DNA of 64,000 bases from Verrucomicrobiota bacterium (GCA_047947115.1 CP170459.1:1728001-1792000); one strand, 5' to 3'; positions 50,110-60,609 are shown, counted from the stretch's first letter. Numbers and translations: made by a program. The notes: a model not told the origin generated them from the sequence alone.

Positions 50110-50475
50110 ATGGAACAGACCGTTGCCGTCATTGGAGCGAGTGACAAACCGGATCGATATGCCTACAGGGCGGCCGAGATACTGGAAGCGCATGGGCATC
50201 AGGTCGTGTTGGTGAATCCTTTCAAAGAGTTGATTAATGGAGAACCTTGCTTGAAAGATGTTTTACAGTTTGATGGCGCATTGGACACGGTGACCGTGTA
50301 TGTCAATGCCAAGCGATTCCAGGAACATCTGGCGTCCATCTTGGAAAAGAAACCCCGACGCATCATTTTTAATCCGGGAGCGGAAGCTCCCGAGGCCTAT
50401 CCGCTGATCGAAAGGGAAGGGGTTCTGGTGGAAGAGGCCTGTACTTTGGTGTTATTGAACACTGGACAGTTTTGA
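50110..50475 (+). CDS. CoA-binding protein (YccU-like)
   Basis: VAVIGASDKPDRYAY, VNP, DTVTVYV, IIFNPGAE, ACTLV. Confidence 0.9.
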   Translation: MEQTVAVIGASDKPDRYAYRAAEILEAHGHQVVLVNPFKELINGEPCLKDVLQFDGALDTVTVYVNAKRFQEHLASILEKKPRRIIFNPGAEAPEAYPLIEREGVLVEEACTLVLLNTGQF

Positions 50476-50483
50476 AGAGGTGC

Positions 50484-52169
50484 TCAGGAAACGCCTACCA
50501 GTTCGATGGAGAACTCGGTTCCTTGGCCTTCTTTGCTGACGACTGAGATGGTGCCTTTCATGGCTTTGATCAGTGATTTCGTCAACGTCAGGCCCAATCC
50601 ACTGCCTTCGATGTGGGATTGTTCCCTTTCTGCATCCAGGCGGTAGAAGGGTGAAAACAAGCGTTCGATCTTGGATTCAGGAATTCCGATCCCGGTATCT
50701 GCAATTCTTACTTTGACCCGTTTGTCCGGCAGTAGTTCGACGCTCAAAGTGAGTGAACCTTGCGGTTTGTTATACTTGATTCCGTTGGAAATCAAATTTT
50801 GGAAGACTTGGAGCAAGTAGTCATGGTGAGCCCAAACGCTTAGATTCTGGCTTGGAAGTTTCTCGACCTTAATGCCAACTTCCTTCTCACTCGCCAAAGG
50901 GTTCATGGCAGCGATCGCTTTGTCGAATACGGACGTCAACGGTATGGGTTCCAGGTGAATTTCTTTTTGGTGGTGATCAAGTTTTGAGATATTCATGACC
51001 TCATTGATCATCCGCAACAGATGCTTGCCGGAACGTTGGATTCGGTCGACATTTTCTTTGTTTTTGGGGGAAAGGTTTTCCATACCCAACAGTGTTGAAA
51101 AGCCGAGGATTCCATTGAGAGGGGTGCGTAATTCATGACTCATACGCGAGAGAAATTGGGTTTTGGCTTGGTTGGCTTCCTCTGCTTTTTTGCGGGCGGT
51201 GATGAGCAGTCTTTCCGTTTCCTTGCGTTCGCTGATATCCCGCACAAGACCGACAAAGAACCTATTGTCTTTATCTTTAAACTCTCCAAGTGCCAGTTCC
51301 ATGTCAAAGGTGGTGCCATCTTTTCGACATCCAACCACTTCACGGTATCCGCCCATAATGTGTTTGGTGCCGGTTTGGCGATACCGGTGCAGATACTGGT
51401 CATGCTGGCCCTTGTCAGGTTCGGGCATGAGCATGGAAACATTTTTGCCTATTGTCTCGCTTGACTGGTAACCAAAGATCCGTTCCGCGGCCTGATTGAA
51501 TTCCAGGATGCATCCGTAAGCATCAATGCAAACAATACCTTCGACAACATTTTCGAATATGGACTGGAACTTTTCTTCACTGGCTTTTGCCAAATTAATC
51601 GCTTCTGCGGCGATTTGATTACTCCTGGCGATGCCAACGGAGTGATTCAGGGCCAGGACGATGATTGTCAGCAGCGCCAACACAGTGCTTATCATGATCA
51701 GAATGGCGGTTCGCGTTTGTCCATAGGAAGACAATGCTTCCTGTCCATTGATTTCGGCTATTAGTCCAATTTCCAGATGCTCATCCCATTGCCAGGCGCT
51801 GAGCACACGAATACCTCTATAGTCCCTGATTCCGCTCAGGCTTTCTCCGTTTTCCTGCTTGATGACGCTTGATGCAGCCTCGGTCCAAGGCCACGCATCT
51901 CTTTGTTCGGGAAGGCTGTGTCCTTTCGGCAAAAGGGCCCCGGGATCTTTTGCTTCGAGGTTGAAAATGATCGGTTCATCAGGATCAACCAGTCCCAGGT
52001 GATGGAGATCCTCTGTGAATCGGCTGGGCGAGACGAAGCGTCCGGTTTTATCTATGGCATACGTTTCACCTGTTCGCCCCATGCGGCCGGCCTGGATGAT
52101 GCCGATAAAATCCTTATACGGATCGATGGAATAAGCCATGATTGCGACCACTTCATTTTCCGGAGTCAT
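50484..52169 (-). CDS. PAS-domain sensor histidine kinase with partial Cache domain; N-terminus appears truncated
   Basis: GRTGETYAID, DYRG..V..AW, one TM, FixL-like PAS (HDQYL.RY), SRMSHELRTPLN, NLISNGIKYN, DTGIGI, GSGLGL; first TM missing, in-frame TGA ~23 codons upstream. Confidence 0.85.
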   Translation of the reverse strand: MTPENEVVAIMAYSIDPYKDFIGIIQAGRMGRTGETYAIDKTGRFVSPSRFTEDLHHLGLVDPDEPIIFNLEAKDPGALLPKGHSLPEQRDAWPWTEAASSVIKQENGESLSGIRDYRGIRVLSAWQWDEHLEIGLIAEINGQEALSSYGQTRTAILIMISTVLALLTIIVLALNHSVGIARSNQIAAEAINLAKASEEKFQSIFENVVEGIVCIDAYGCILEFNQAAERIFGYQSSETIGKNVSMLMPEPDKGQHDQYLHRYRQTGTKHIMGGYREVVGCRKDGTTFDMELALGEFKDKDNRFFVGLVRDISERKETERLLITARKKAEEANQAKTQFLSRMSHELRTPLNGILGFSTLLGMENLSPKNKENVDRIQRSGKHLLRMINEVMNISKLDHHQKEIHLEPIPLTSVFDKAIAAMNPLASEKEVGIKVEKLPSQNLSVWAHHDYLLQVFQNLISNGIKYNKPQGSLTLSVELLPDKRVKVRIADTGIGIPESKIERLFSPFYRLDAEREQSHIEGSGLGLTLTKSLIKAMKGTISVVSKEGQGTEFSIELVGVS

Positions 52170-52557
52170 GATTGGAGACAGGAGAAATATGGCAGGTGCT
52201 TGCAGGGTGTGTTTTGATAGACCAGCGGCGGTTCATGTTCAAAGCTGATTCTGATATGGTTTGAAACTTGAAATGCCGCTCATTCAACAACAATGGAGAG
52301 GCCGGTTCCACACGGCTCCCAAGCATTTTCCTTGAAACCATTCCTAAGCAAAAGATGTGGAGCGAGGGAAGCTATCTGTGTGGTTAGAATTATGGCGTTT
52401 CCATGGCTTCATGAAAGCCGTATGCATGCACTGGGGATGGAAGTGGGTGTGAGGTGGAATTTACTCCTTTGACCAAGTGTGTCGGAAATCGAGCATTCTT
52501 TGCTTGGTTTCAATTTACAGGATTGTTTGTTTCAGCGATTTGTTTCAAGTTAGGCAC

Positions 52558-52917
52558 ATGTCGAAGCGATATCAAATGGTGCAGTTGGATGAGGTGGAAG
52601 CAGTGCGTTGTCCTTGTGGTTTTGCGAAACGTGCCTTTGCTTCTCCGGAGAACAAAACGGCGACCTTGCACATGGTGGATATTCAATCCGATTCCAGAAC
52701 CCATTATCATAATAAACTCACCGAGATCTATCTGGTGCTGGAAGGGGAGGGGGAAATGGAATTGGACGGCGAACGGTTTCCGGTACGCCCGATGAGTGCG
52801 GTCATGATTCAGCCCGGTTGCCGGCATCGCGCGATTGGTAAATTGAAAATCATCAACATTCCCGTCCCGGCATTTGATCCGGAAGACGAATGGTTTGATG
52901 ATGAAAATGAGTCATAG
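52558..52917 (+). CDS. Cupin-domain protein
   Basis: CPCG, HYHNKLTEIYLVLEGEG, IQPGCRHRAIG. Confidence 0.9.
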   Translation: MSKRYQMVQLDEVEAVRCPCGFAKRAFASPENKTATLHMVDIQSDSRTHYHNKLTEIYLVLEGEGEMELDGERFPVRPMSAVMIQPGCRHRAIGKLKIINIPVPAFDPEDEWFDDENES

Positions 52918-52938
52918 TTCTTGATACAATTTGCATTC

Positions 52939-53652
52939 ATGAAAAACGGAATCTTTTTAACGCTGGCGATCTGTCTGGCTTCTTTCATGTTCCCGGTTCA
53001 TGCACAGGAAACAGGACACGCCAAGGAAGCAGTCACCGGGACCTGGAGCTGGACGACACGTCAGAGTAATGGGGAATTGTATTCCAGTGTCATGGACATT
53101 GAACTCAATGATGCTGGCAATTTGGCTGGAGCACTTCGGCATGCGTCAGGGGACAGGATTGCATTTGAATCGGTCCACTGGTCGGACAGCACCATCAAGT
53201 TTCTATTATCTTATGAAGTTCTTGGTCATCCATTTCAGGCAGAATACGAAGGGAGACTGACAAAGGACGCCTTGGAAGGGATTGTTCGAATAAAGTTTGT
53301 TGAGCGTACGATTGAGCGGAGCTGGAAGGCTGTTCGTGTTCAAGATTACCCTCTGGATGGTGAGTGGGATTGGAAGCTCCAAACGCCGGATGGGAACGAA
53401 CTCAAAGCAGTGTTGCGCATTCATCACACCAAAGATGGCGTGGGAGGAAGGCTGGTCTCGGATCAGTTTGATTCGGAACTCAACAATGCGAGATTCTCTC
53501 AAGGGGTGTTGCAATTCACGACCACCAGTCAGGATGGCAACACGACCTATGCCTCCAAAGGCAAGTGGCACGGCAATCGTCTTGTGGGTGAAGTGGGATC
53601 CCCTTCGTTTGGTGATGATTTGAAACTGACGTGGGAAGCTGTGAAACGGTGA
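52939..53652 (+). CDS. Secreted protein with two tandem beta-rich domains
   Basis: Signal peptide; duplicated G.W.W......G...L.G...Y.G...L.G...W.A.R units. Confidence 0.7.
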   Translation: MKNGIFLTLAICLASFMFPVHAQETGHAKEAVTGTWSWTTRQSNGELYSSVMDIELNDAGNLAGALRHASGDRIAFESVHWSDSTIKFLLSYEVLGHPFQAEYEGRLTKDALEGIVRIKFVERTIERSWKAVRVQDYPLDGEWDWKLQTPDGNELKAVLRIHHTKDGVGGRLVSDQFDSELNNARFSQGVLQFTTTSQDGNTTYASKGKWHGNRLVGEVGSPSFGDDLKLTWEAVKR

Positions 53653-53657
53653 TTGTT

Positions 53658-53860
53658 TATCCGCAGATTTTGCTTTGGGTAGATAGGATCGTCTCGATCC
53701 GCCCGCGAGCGCCAGCGATGCGGATGTGGGGCGTTGGGAGCTGAGGGGGTATCCTTCTTCAAATGAAAAGCAGGGGATGGAAGCCTCAAGGGTTCGCGTC
53801 GAGACGACCCGATCTACCTTTTGTGCCTGGATAAAATCTGCGTTCATCTGCGAAATCTCG
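53658..53860. repeat. Inverted REP doublet nested in CAGAT-type inverted repeats
   Basis: GTAGATAGGATCGTCTCGATCC at 53679 (+) and GTAGATCGGGTCGTCTCGACGCG ending at 53817 (-); outer CCGCAGAT / ATCTGCGTTCATCTGCG. Confidence 0.7.
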
Positions 53861-53920
53861 AAGATCCCGCTCCCGCGGTGGTGCGGTTCATAAACTCTCC
53901 AACAATCCCATTTTCCTGTC

Positions 53921-55855
53921 TCAGAAAACAGGTTCGCCGAATTCGCAGTTGTAGATGGTCCCGCATTGGGTGCATTCGGCGTCGAGGATGTTGAGCTCGG
54001 GGGTCCATCGATAGGCCTCACCGCATTTCGGGCAGGAAACTTTGTATCCTTTGACACGATCTTGTTTCTGGAGGACTTCCTTTGGGAGATTCGTTAGATC
54101 GCTGTCGTGGAGGGTGACCAGATCGTTTTGTTCCGGTTCATCGATTTCCGCCAGGCGGTTGGCTTGGGCGTTGACGACTTGTTCGAAGCAGTTTCTCACC
54201 AGACGTGCGTTGCCGAAGTGTTCCTCTTTATCTTCGTGCAGCAGGTGGAAGTAATGCAGGAGTTGTGTTTTCAGTTGGGGCGAAAGCCGGAGGTCGTTGC
54301 GTCGACAGAGCAGGCTGAAGATGCGGCAAAGTTCAGTGGGATCATAGTCTGGAAATTCCACAAAACGCGTGAACCGACTGTGCAAGCCCGGGTTCGAATG
54401 CACGAAGTCTTCCATTTCCGCCGGATAACCCGCCACGATCACGATGAGCCGATCGCGATCGTCTTCCATACGTTTGAGCAAGGTGTCGATGGCTTCTCTG
54501 CCGAAGTCCTGATCCTGCTTGGCTAGGGTGTAGGCTTCGTCAATAAACAGGATGCCATCCAGTGCCGCATCGATCATGCGGTTGGTTTTGATAGCGGTCT
54601 GACCAACGTATTCGGCGACCAACGAGGAACGGTCGCATTCCACCAGATGCCCTTTTTTCAAAACTCCGAGCGCTTTGTAAATGCGGGCCATTAATCTGGC
54701 TACTGTGGTTTTACCGGTGCCGGGGTTGCCGGTATAAACGGCGTGGTAGCTTGTAGGTATGGACTTGAGTCCACGGGACAAACGCATCTGTTGCATCTTG
54801 GCGAAGTTGGCGGTTTGACGGACTTTGTCCTTCACCTCGTGAATACCGATCAGATCGTCCAGTTCGGCCAAAACCTGGGCGAGATCTTCTGCGGAGCCTC
54901 GGTGTTGACTGGATTGTGATTCGTCATGTTCGGCGCATACGTCGTTGATCTGTTTCAAAAGGTAACTGATGAAGCGGTGCTCTTTGGACGATAGCGATCC
55001 GTCGATGTGTGAAAATGCATAGCACACCTCTTGGGTCAGGTGGGCCAGGAAGAAGAGAATCCCCGGGGGGAGTTCCAGTTTTTTGAGGATGTGAGCGGCA
55101 TCCAGAAAAAACTTGTCGAGTCCCAGTTTGATGTTTTCCTGTACCGCATCCTGCAGTGTGATGAATCGTTCCTGTGAATTTTCGATGTATTCGGAAATGG
55201 CGTCCTGCAGCCGCATGCCGCTTTTGCGGATTTTTCCGCGATCCAATGACAGGAAGCGATCGCGATGGGGGGCGAAAAAATAGCCTTGGAAGGCCTGCAG
55301 CATGTCCTCAGGGCGGTTATTGTAGAGGCATGCCGTCCAGAACTGTGCGGTGGCATCCGCCACCAACCCAAATTCCTCACGAGGAAAAAAAACGCCCCAT
55401 GCACCGCCGACAATCTTTCGAAAGAGGTCCGATAGATCCTGAAGTAGATCCTGAGTACCTTCCGGTGTTTTCTCGTAGGAAAGCTCTGGCGGTATCAGGA
55501 CTTCCATGTATTCCCAAAGCAAGCGGCCGGCAAATAAAGAGCGGGCCAGTTGTTTGACTGAGATTTCTTCCGCATTGGTGACCTGGGCAATTTCGGGGAT
55601 CTTTTGTTCTAGTTTTTTAAAGGATTGAAGAAAGCGTTCTTCGATTTGCTGCAATCGACTGAATTGATCCTCGTGAAGGAGTCCGCTTTCGGAGAGCCAT
55701 TTTAAATTTTCTTCGGTGGTTCTATGATTGGCGCTTACCAATGTTTCATGCAGGATTGGGAACTCACGACGCGAGCTCGGGGTGCCCGCGAGCGAAACCA
55801 ACACGGATCCGGGAATCAGTGTGTGATGGGAAAAGTCTTTGACCAGATTCTTCAT
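53921..55855 (-). CDS. CbbX/SpoVK-type AAA+ ATPase with a long N-terminal domain and C-terminal Zn-ribbon
   Basis: LDDLIGI..VK, GNPGTGKTTVAR, LVAEYVGQTA.KT, LFIDEAYTL, IVAGY, NPGL.SRF, FGNAR.VRN; CPKC...CTQC. Confidence 0.9.
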   Translation of the reverse strand: MKNLVKDFSHHTLIPGSVLVSLAGTPSSRREFPILHETLVSANHRTTEENLKWLSESGLLHEDQFSRLQQIEERFLQSFKKLEQKIPEIAQVTNAEEISVKQLARSLFAGRLLWEYMEVLIPPELSYEKTPEGTQDLLQDLSDLFRKIVGGAWGVFFPREEFGLVADATAQFWTACLYNNRPEDMLQAFQGYFFAPHRDRFLSLDRGKIRKSGMRLQDAISEYIENSQERFITLQDAVQENIKLGLDKFFLDAAHILKKLELPPGILFFLAHLTQEVCYAFSHIDGSLSSKEHRFISYLLKQINDVCAEHDESQSSQHRGSAEDLAQVLAELDDLIGIHEVKDKVRQTANFAKMQQMRLSRGLKSIPTSYHAVYTGNPGTGKTTVARLMARIYKALGVLKKGHLVECDRSSLVAEYVGQTAIKTNRMIDAALDGILFIDEAYTLAKQDQDFGREAIDTLLKRMEDDRDRLIVIVAGYPAEMEDFVHSNPGLHSRFTRFVEFPDYDPTELCRIFSLLCRRNDLRLSPQLKTQLLHYFHLLHEDKEEHFGNARLVRNCFEQVVNAQANRLAEIDEPEQNDLVTLHDSDLTNLPKEVLQKQDRVKGYKVSCPKCGEAYRWTPELNILDAECTQCGTIYNCEFGEPVF

Positions 55856-55909
55856 GCGCCCTTTGAGGTGGTTATCTTAAGACGTGAGGCGGGGCATGGC
55901 CAGTCCAAT

Positions 55910-55945
55910 AAAAAAGAAAAGGGACGCAATGACTTGCGTCCCTTT
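55910..55945 (-). terminator. Intrinsic terminator
   Basis: AAAGGGACGCAA-N4-TTGCGTCCCTTT stem with a T-rich tail on the minus strand, after the oxidoreductase stop. Confidence 0.85.
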
Positions 55946-55976
55946 GTGTTTGATTTGCTGAAGCCGAATGTCCAGA

Positions 55977-57380
55977 TTATGCGCTGGCAGCTTCCTGGTA
56001 TTCGCGATCGCGAACAATACCCGGTTGTGGGATGGGGTATCGGCCGTCCGGATTCTTGGCTAGAGGGGCATCGGATTGCAGAGTCAGCTTGTCTGCATTC
56101 GGTGCGAATTCGTGATCGTGGTTGTAGATCTGATCATAGGTGATTTCCTGCCCTGTGTGAGCGGCCATACGGCCCATGGAAGAAACCAGGCTGGCGGTGG
56201 CGCCGCGTTTGACTTCGTTGTAAGGCTTGTCGTTGCGGATGGCGTCCAGCAAGTCATCCCATTCCAATTGGTAAGGGTTCTGCTCAGGCTGCGGGAAGGC
56301 CCAGATCATGTCGCGACGGCTCATGTTTTGTCCGTTGAAAGTGCGGCAGCGGCCTGGAGAGTGGGATGAGGTGGAAACAATCCCCAAACCTTTGGTTCCG
56401 TGTACATAACTTGCAAAGTTGTCGTGACATCCGATCATGGTGCGTCCGTTCAACTGGAACTTGGAACCATCTTTGAAGGTGTACTCCACCGCGTAGTTGT
56501 CGAAATTTTGATCGACGGCCTCTTCGTCACGATAGTGGCGTCCACCCAGTGCATGGGCTTTAATCGGCCAGTCGTTTTTCATCCAACAGCATTCGTCGAC
56601 CTGGTGAATATAGAAATCGTTGAACAAACCACCGCTGGCCCACAGGAAGCTGTGGAAACGGCTGATTTGATACATCAAGTCGGACATGTTGCCGGGGTTC
56701 GGGCCGGAGAAGGCGGAACCAACGGGGCCGTGCATACGATAGGCGCGCATGTTGAGGATGTCGCCGATCTCACCGTCTTGAATGCGCTTGTAAAGTTCCT
56801 GACGCGCACGGCAGTGACGCACCATGAGGCCGACCCCGACCTTCAGGTTTTTCTCTGTGGCTTTGTCAGCGAGAGCAATCATGCGGCGAGTGGTTGGGCC
56901 GTCCGCGGTCAATGGTTTTTCCATGAACACGTTGACGCCTTTTTCAATCGCGTAGGTGAAGTGCACCCAACGGAAAGCGAGAGGAGTGGTGAAGATGGCC
57001 ACATCGCCCGGGTTGAGGGCGTCGATCGCGTGTTTGTAGGCATCAAAACCGATGAACTGGCGATCGATGGGTACTTCCATCTTGTCTTCATACCGCTTGT
57101 TAAGCGTGTTGAAACTGCCGTCCAAACGGTGTTGGAATACGTCCGCCATGGCGACCAGCTTGGTAGGCCCATTTGAAACGGACAAGGCATTCGCTGCGGC
57201 ACCCGTTCCACGTCCGCCGCAGCCGATGAGGGCGACCTGGACGGTTTCACTGCTCTGTGCGTGTACGTGTGGCAAAGCGACGCTGGCCAATGCGCTGGCA
57301 GCGGTCACTTTGCTCGTGTTTTTGATAAACTCACGACGCGAAGACTGTTTCGCGTCCATTGGATTTGATGATTTATTCAT
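55977..57380 (-). CDS. Tat-exported Gfo/Idh/MocA oxidoreductase
   Basis: SRREFIK, IGCGGRGTGA, EKP, YIHQVD. Confidence 0.93.
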   Translation of the reverse strand: MNKSSNPMDAKQSSRREFIKNTSKVTAASALASVALPHVHAQSSETVQVALIGCGGRGTGAAANALSVSNGPTKLVAMADVFQHRLDGSFNTLNKRYEDKMEVPIDRQFIGFDAYKHAIDALNPGDVAIFTTPLAFRWVHFTYAIEKGVNVFMEKPLTADGPTTRRMIALADKATEKNLKVGVGLMVRHCRARQELYKRIQDGEIGDILNMRAYRMHGPVGSAFSGPNPGNMSDLMYQISRFHSFLWASGGLFNDFYIHQVDECCWMKNDWPIKAHALGGRHYRDEEAVDQNFDNYAVEYTFKDGSKFQLNGRTMIGCHDNFASYVHGTKGLGIVSTSSHSPGRCRTFNGQNMSRRDMIWAFPQPEQNPYQLEWDDLLDAIRNDKPYNEVKRGATASLVSSMGRMAAHTGQEITYDQIYNHDHEFAPNADKLTLQSDAPLAKNPDGRYPIPQPGIVRDREYQEAASA

Positions 57381-57481
57381 GATGATTTCGTTTACTGATA
57401 TGAAACCTAAAAGTGCTTATGGGATCTGACGGGATTATCCCGTGAAACATTCAGACTTGGCAAGGGATTTGTTGAAAACAT

Positions 57482-59197
57482 ATGATGCGGCTCATGATTC
57501 CCAAAATCTTGCTCAAGGAGTCCATCGTGGCGCCTCCCGGTTTCAACCGTTGGCGTGTACCTCCGGCCTCCATCGCCATCCATTTATGCATCGGATCCGT
57601 TTATGCGTGGAGCATTTTCAATCCGGCTCTTATCCGTGAACTTGGCGTGGTCGGATCTTCAGCTGGGGACTGGACGCTGAGTTCGGTGGTGTGGATCTTT
57701 TCCGTTGCCATTGTGTTTCTGGGCTTGGCGGCTGCCGTTGCCGGCAAATGGCTGGAACGTGTCGGGCCACGTTGTGTTGGTGTGACGGCCGCGATTCTTT
57801 GGGGGGGAGGTTTTGTTATTGGCAGTATGGGGGTGGCAATGCATCAGCTCTGGCTGATCTACCTGGGTTACGGGGCCCTGGGGGGCTGCGGACTTGGGTT
57901 GGGGTATGTCTCGCCGGTCAGTACGCTGATTAGGTGGTTCCCGGATCGAAGGGGATTGGCCACCGGCCTGGCCATCATGGGGTTTGGCGGTGGGGCGATG
58001 ATTGGCGCTCCGGTCAAAGAAGCTCTCTTAAAAGCTTTTTTTAAAGCCCCGGACTACGTAGGCGCCGAATCAGATGTTACCATGAAAACAGAAGAGGGTA
58101 AACGATTTGTGCAGGTGGATGGTGATTGGAAGGAGGCCGTTCTGGCCACGTCATCTGATATTGCGAAACTTCCCGATCCAAACCTGCAGGAGGGAGCTTA
58201 TCTGGTGGGTACGGGTAACACGGGGGCGGCCGGCACGTTCATGACCTTGGGGGTTGTCTACTTTCTGGTGATGATGGTGGCATCATTTTCATATCGAGTT
58301 CCGGCAGCGGATTGGCGTCCGGATGGTTGGGAACCTCCCACCGACACGGAATCCAGCAAACGCATGATTACCACAGGCAATGTCGATATGGATCAGGCCT
58401 TGAAAACGCCGCAGTTCTACTTCCTGTGGATTGTGCTTTGTTTCAACGTTACGGCAGGCATCGGAGTGATCGGTGTGGCCAAGACCATGATGAATGAGAT
58501 TTTCGGAACCACTCTGCCGGCGGTGGTGAATGGGGCCTTTGCTGCGACGTACGTGCTGATGATTTCCGTATTTAATATGTTGGGACGCATCATTTGGGCC
58601 AGCGCCTCGGATTACATTGGGCGCAAAAACACCTATCATTGCTTCTTTGTGCTGGGAACATTGCTTTATTTATCGATTCCGTGGACCGCCGGGCAGGTAA
58701 GTGCTTCCCCGGCAGTGACCTGGTTGGTGATGTTCTACGGCGCGACGATGATCATCTTCACCATGTATGGAGGTGGATTTGCGACGATTCCGGCCTATCT
58801 GGCTGATATTTTCGGCATGAGATTTGTCGGCGCCATTCATGGGCGTCTGTTGACGGCATGGAGCACAGCGGGTGTGTTGGGGCCTCTGGCCATCACTAAG
58901 TTACGTCAGGCTTCGGTTGATGATTCCATTCGGGATCTGGCCACCAAAGTTGACGATCGCCTGTTTATACAAACTTTTGGGGCTGGGAAAGATCAGATTG
59001 AATCCCTGATGGCCGCGAAGACTGTTACCGTCTCCAAGTTGATGTCGATTGTTCCGGACGGAACCATTGATCCAACATCAGGACTATACAATTCAACCAT
59101 GTATGCCATGGCAGCCTTATTGGTGGTGGCCTTTTTCGCGAATCTGGCCATTAAACCCGTGGCCAGCCATCATCATATCAAAGGCGAAACAAACTAA
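57482..59197 (+). CDS. MFS transporter, oxalate/formate antiporter (OFA) family
   Basis: FNRW.VPPA..AIHLCIG.VYAWS, WFPDRRGLATG.AIMGFGGGA, YGGGFATIPAYLAD.FG, IHGRLLTAWS. Confidence 0.93.
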   Translation: MMRLMIPKILLKESIVAPPGFNRWRVPPASIAIHLCIGSVYAWSIFNPALIRELGVVGSSAGDWTLSSVVWIFSVAIVFLGLAAAVAGKWLERVGPRCVGVTAAILWGGGFVIGSMGVAMHQLWLIYLGYGALGGCGLGLGYVSPVSTLIRWFPDRRGLATGLAIMGFGGGAMIGAPVKEALLKAFFKAPDYVGAESDVTMKTEEGKRFVQVDGDWKEAVLATSSDIAKLPDPNLQEGAYLVGTGNTGAAGTFMTLGVVYFLVMMVASFSYRVPAADWRPDGWEPPTDTESSKRMITTGNVDMDQALKTPQFYFLWIVLCFNVTAGIGVIGVAKTMMNEIFGTTLPAVVNGAFAATYVLMISVFNMLGRIIWASASDYIGRKNTYHCFFVLGTLLYLSIPWTAGQVSASPAVTWLVMFYGATMIIFTMYGGGFATIPAYLADIFGMRFVGAIHGRLLTAWSTAGVLGPLAITKLRQASVDDSIRDLATKVDDRLFIQTFGAGKDQIESLMAAKTVTVSKLMSIVPDGTIDPTSGLYNSTMYAMAALLVVAFFANLAIKPVASHHHIKGETN

Positions 59198-59268
59198 ATC
59201 CGGGCAAAATTGCGCTCGACGACAAGATGATCCTGTGATTTGATCCTCAGTCAAATTCCACTCAATTT

Positions 59269-60609
59269 ATGAAGATGCAAAACATGACTCGTTCCGTATG
59301 TGGTGCAGTGGCTGTCACCTTGGTGACATCCCTTGCGACCTTGGCACAATCCAACACTGCTCGACCCGGTGGTAAACTTTCCCATGATGTGGCCATTCAC
59401 CTGGAAAAAGTTGCGGGCGGTTTCGCCGATCCCATCAATGTGGTGAGTCCCAAAGACGGAACCGAACGACTTTTTGTTGTCGAACGTCCCGGAGTGGTGA
59501 AGATCGTTGACAAAGATGGCGAGGTTTTGCGTCGTCCGTTTCTTGACATCAAGGAAACAGTGGTCAGTTCTTTTCTGGAACAAGGGCTGTATGACTTGGA
59601 ATTTCATCCTGACTTCAAGAATAACCGCAAATTCTATGTTCACTATTCCGACATGTGGTTCAACGGGGATTCTTTCATCGTGGAATACCAGGCATCCGCC
59701 GACAACCCGAACCGCACCGATCCGGATTCCGTGCGGGTGGTGATGCAGATCGAACAGCCTTACTCCAATCATAACGGTGGTGAACTGGTGTTTGGTCCGG
59801 ACGGCTACCTTTATATTGGTAGTGGTGATGGAGGATGGGAAGGGGACGTGCTTGGAGCGGGGCAGGACTTGAGCACTTTGCTGGCGAAAATCCTTCGAAT
59901 TGACGTGAATACCAGGACTGCCGAGAAGGGCTATGGGATTCCCAAGGATAATCCTTTTGTCACACCATTGCAGCAGATGGTCTTGTTTGGTGTGTCCGAA
60001 GAACGTTTTGCGGAAATACACCCGAATGCGCGTCCTGAGATATGGGCCTACGGTGTGCGTAATCCCGTCAAGATGACTTTCGATTACAAAACCGGCGATC
60101 TTTACATCGCTGATGTTGGACAGAACCACTGGGAAGAAATCAACTTCCAACCCGGCTCCAGCAAGGGCGGCGAAAACTACGGATGGAAGTTCATGTGCGG
60201 CACGCATCCGTTTCCCATCTCAGCCAAGGATGCTCCGCAGGTGGGAGTGCTTCCGATTGGGGAATATTCTCATGTGACGGATGGCATCTGTGTGATTGGC
60301 ATTGGTGTTTATCGAGGCACCAAATACGAATCACTGGACGGTGTTTACTTTGTGGCCGACTGGGGTTCCGGCAAGATCTGGGGCATGGAACGTGACAAGG
60401 ATGGCAAGTGGCAGATGCAGGAAATGCTGGATACTCAGTTGCGTCCGACTGGTGCTGGCGAGGGTGAAGACGGAACGCTTTACGTCACGACCGCAACACC
60501 CAATTACGGTGGTCCGGTCAACCCATACGATAACGAGCCGGGTTCACTCTGGCGATTGGTTGAGAAATCCAAGGTTGCCGACGGAGTCGAGACTGTGCCT
60601 TTGGACTAA
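59269..60609 (+). CDS. PQQ-dependent glucose/sorbosone dehydrogenase family protein
   Basis: EQGL....FHPDF..N..FYV.Y, NHNGG.L.FGPDG.LYI..GDGG, KILRIDV, EIWAYGVRNP, ADVGQ..WEE.N, NYGW. Confidence 0.92.
   Translation: MKMQNMTRSVCGAVAVTLVTSLATLAQSNTARPGGKLSHDVAIHLEKVAGGFADPINVVSPKDGTERLFVVERPGVVKIVDKDGEVLRRPFLDIKETVVSSFLEQGLYDLEFHPDFKNNRKFYVHYSDMWFNGDSFIVEYQASADNPNRTDPDSVRVVMQIEQPYSNHNGGELVFGPDGYLYIGSGDGGWEGDVLGAGQDLSTLLAKILRIDVNTRTAEKGYGIPKDNPFVTPLQQMVLFGVSEERFAEIHPNARPEIWAYGVRNPVKMTFDYKTGDLYIADVGQNHWEEINFQPGSSKGGENYGWKFMCGTHPFPISAKDAPQVGVLPIGEYSHVTDGICVIGIGVYRGTKYESLDGVYFVADWGSGKIWGMERDKDGKWQMQEMLDTQLRPTGAGEGEDGTLYVTTATPNYGGPVNPYDNEPGSLWRLVEKSKVADGVETVPLD

Noticed and set aside
53921..55855. 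Rubisco activase cbbX or type VII secretion eccA assignment
   Set aside because: Only the AAA module matches; no supporting neighbours and different flanking domains
57458..57475. Sigma-54 promoter before the OFA transporter
   Set aside because: TTGGCAAGGGATTTGT has GT instead of the invariant GC at -12 and lies too close to the first ATG
59251..60207. Long antisense ORFs (also 8150-8929, 53206-54057, 56400-57176, 60689-61396, 63295-63924)
   Set aside because: Shadows of well-supported genes on the opposite strand, with no motifs of their own
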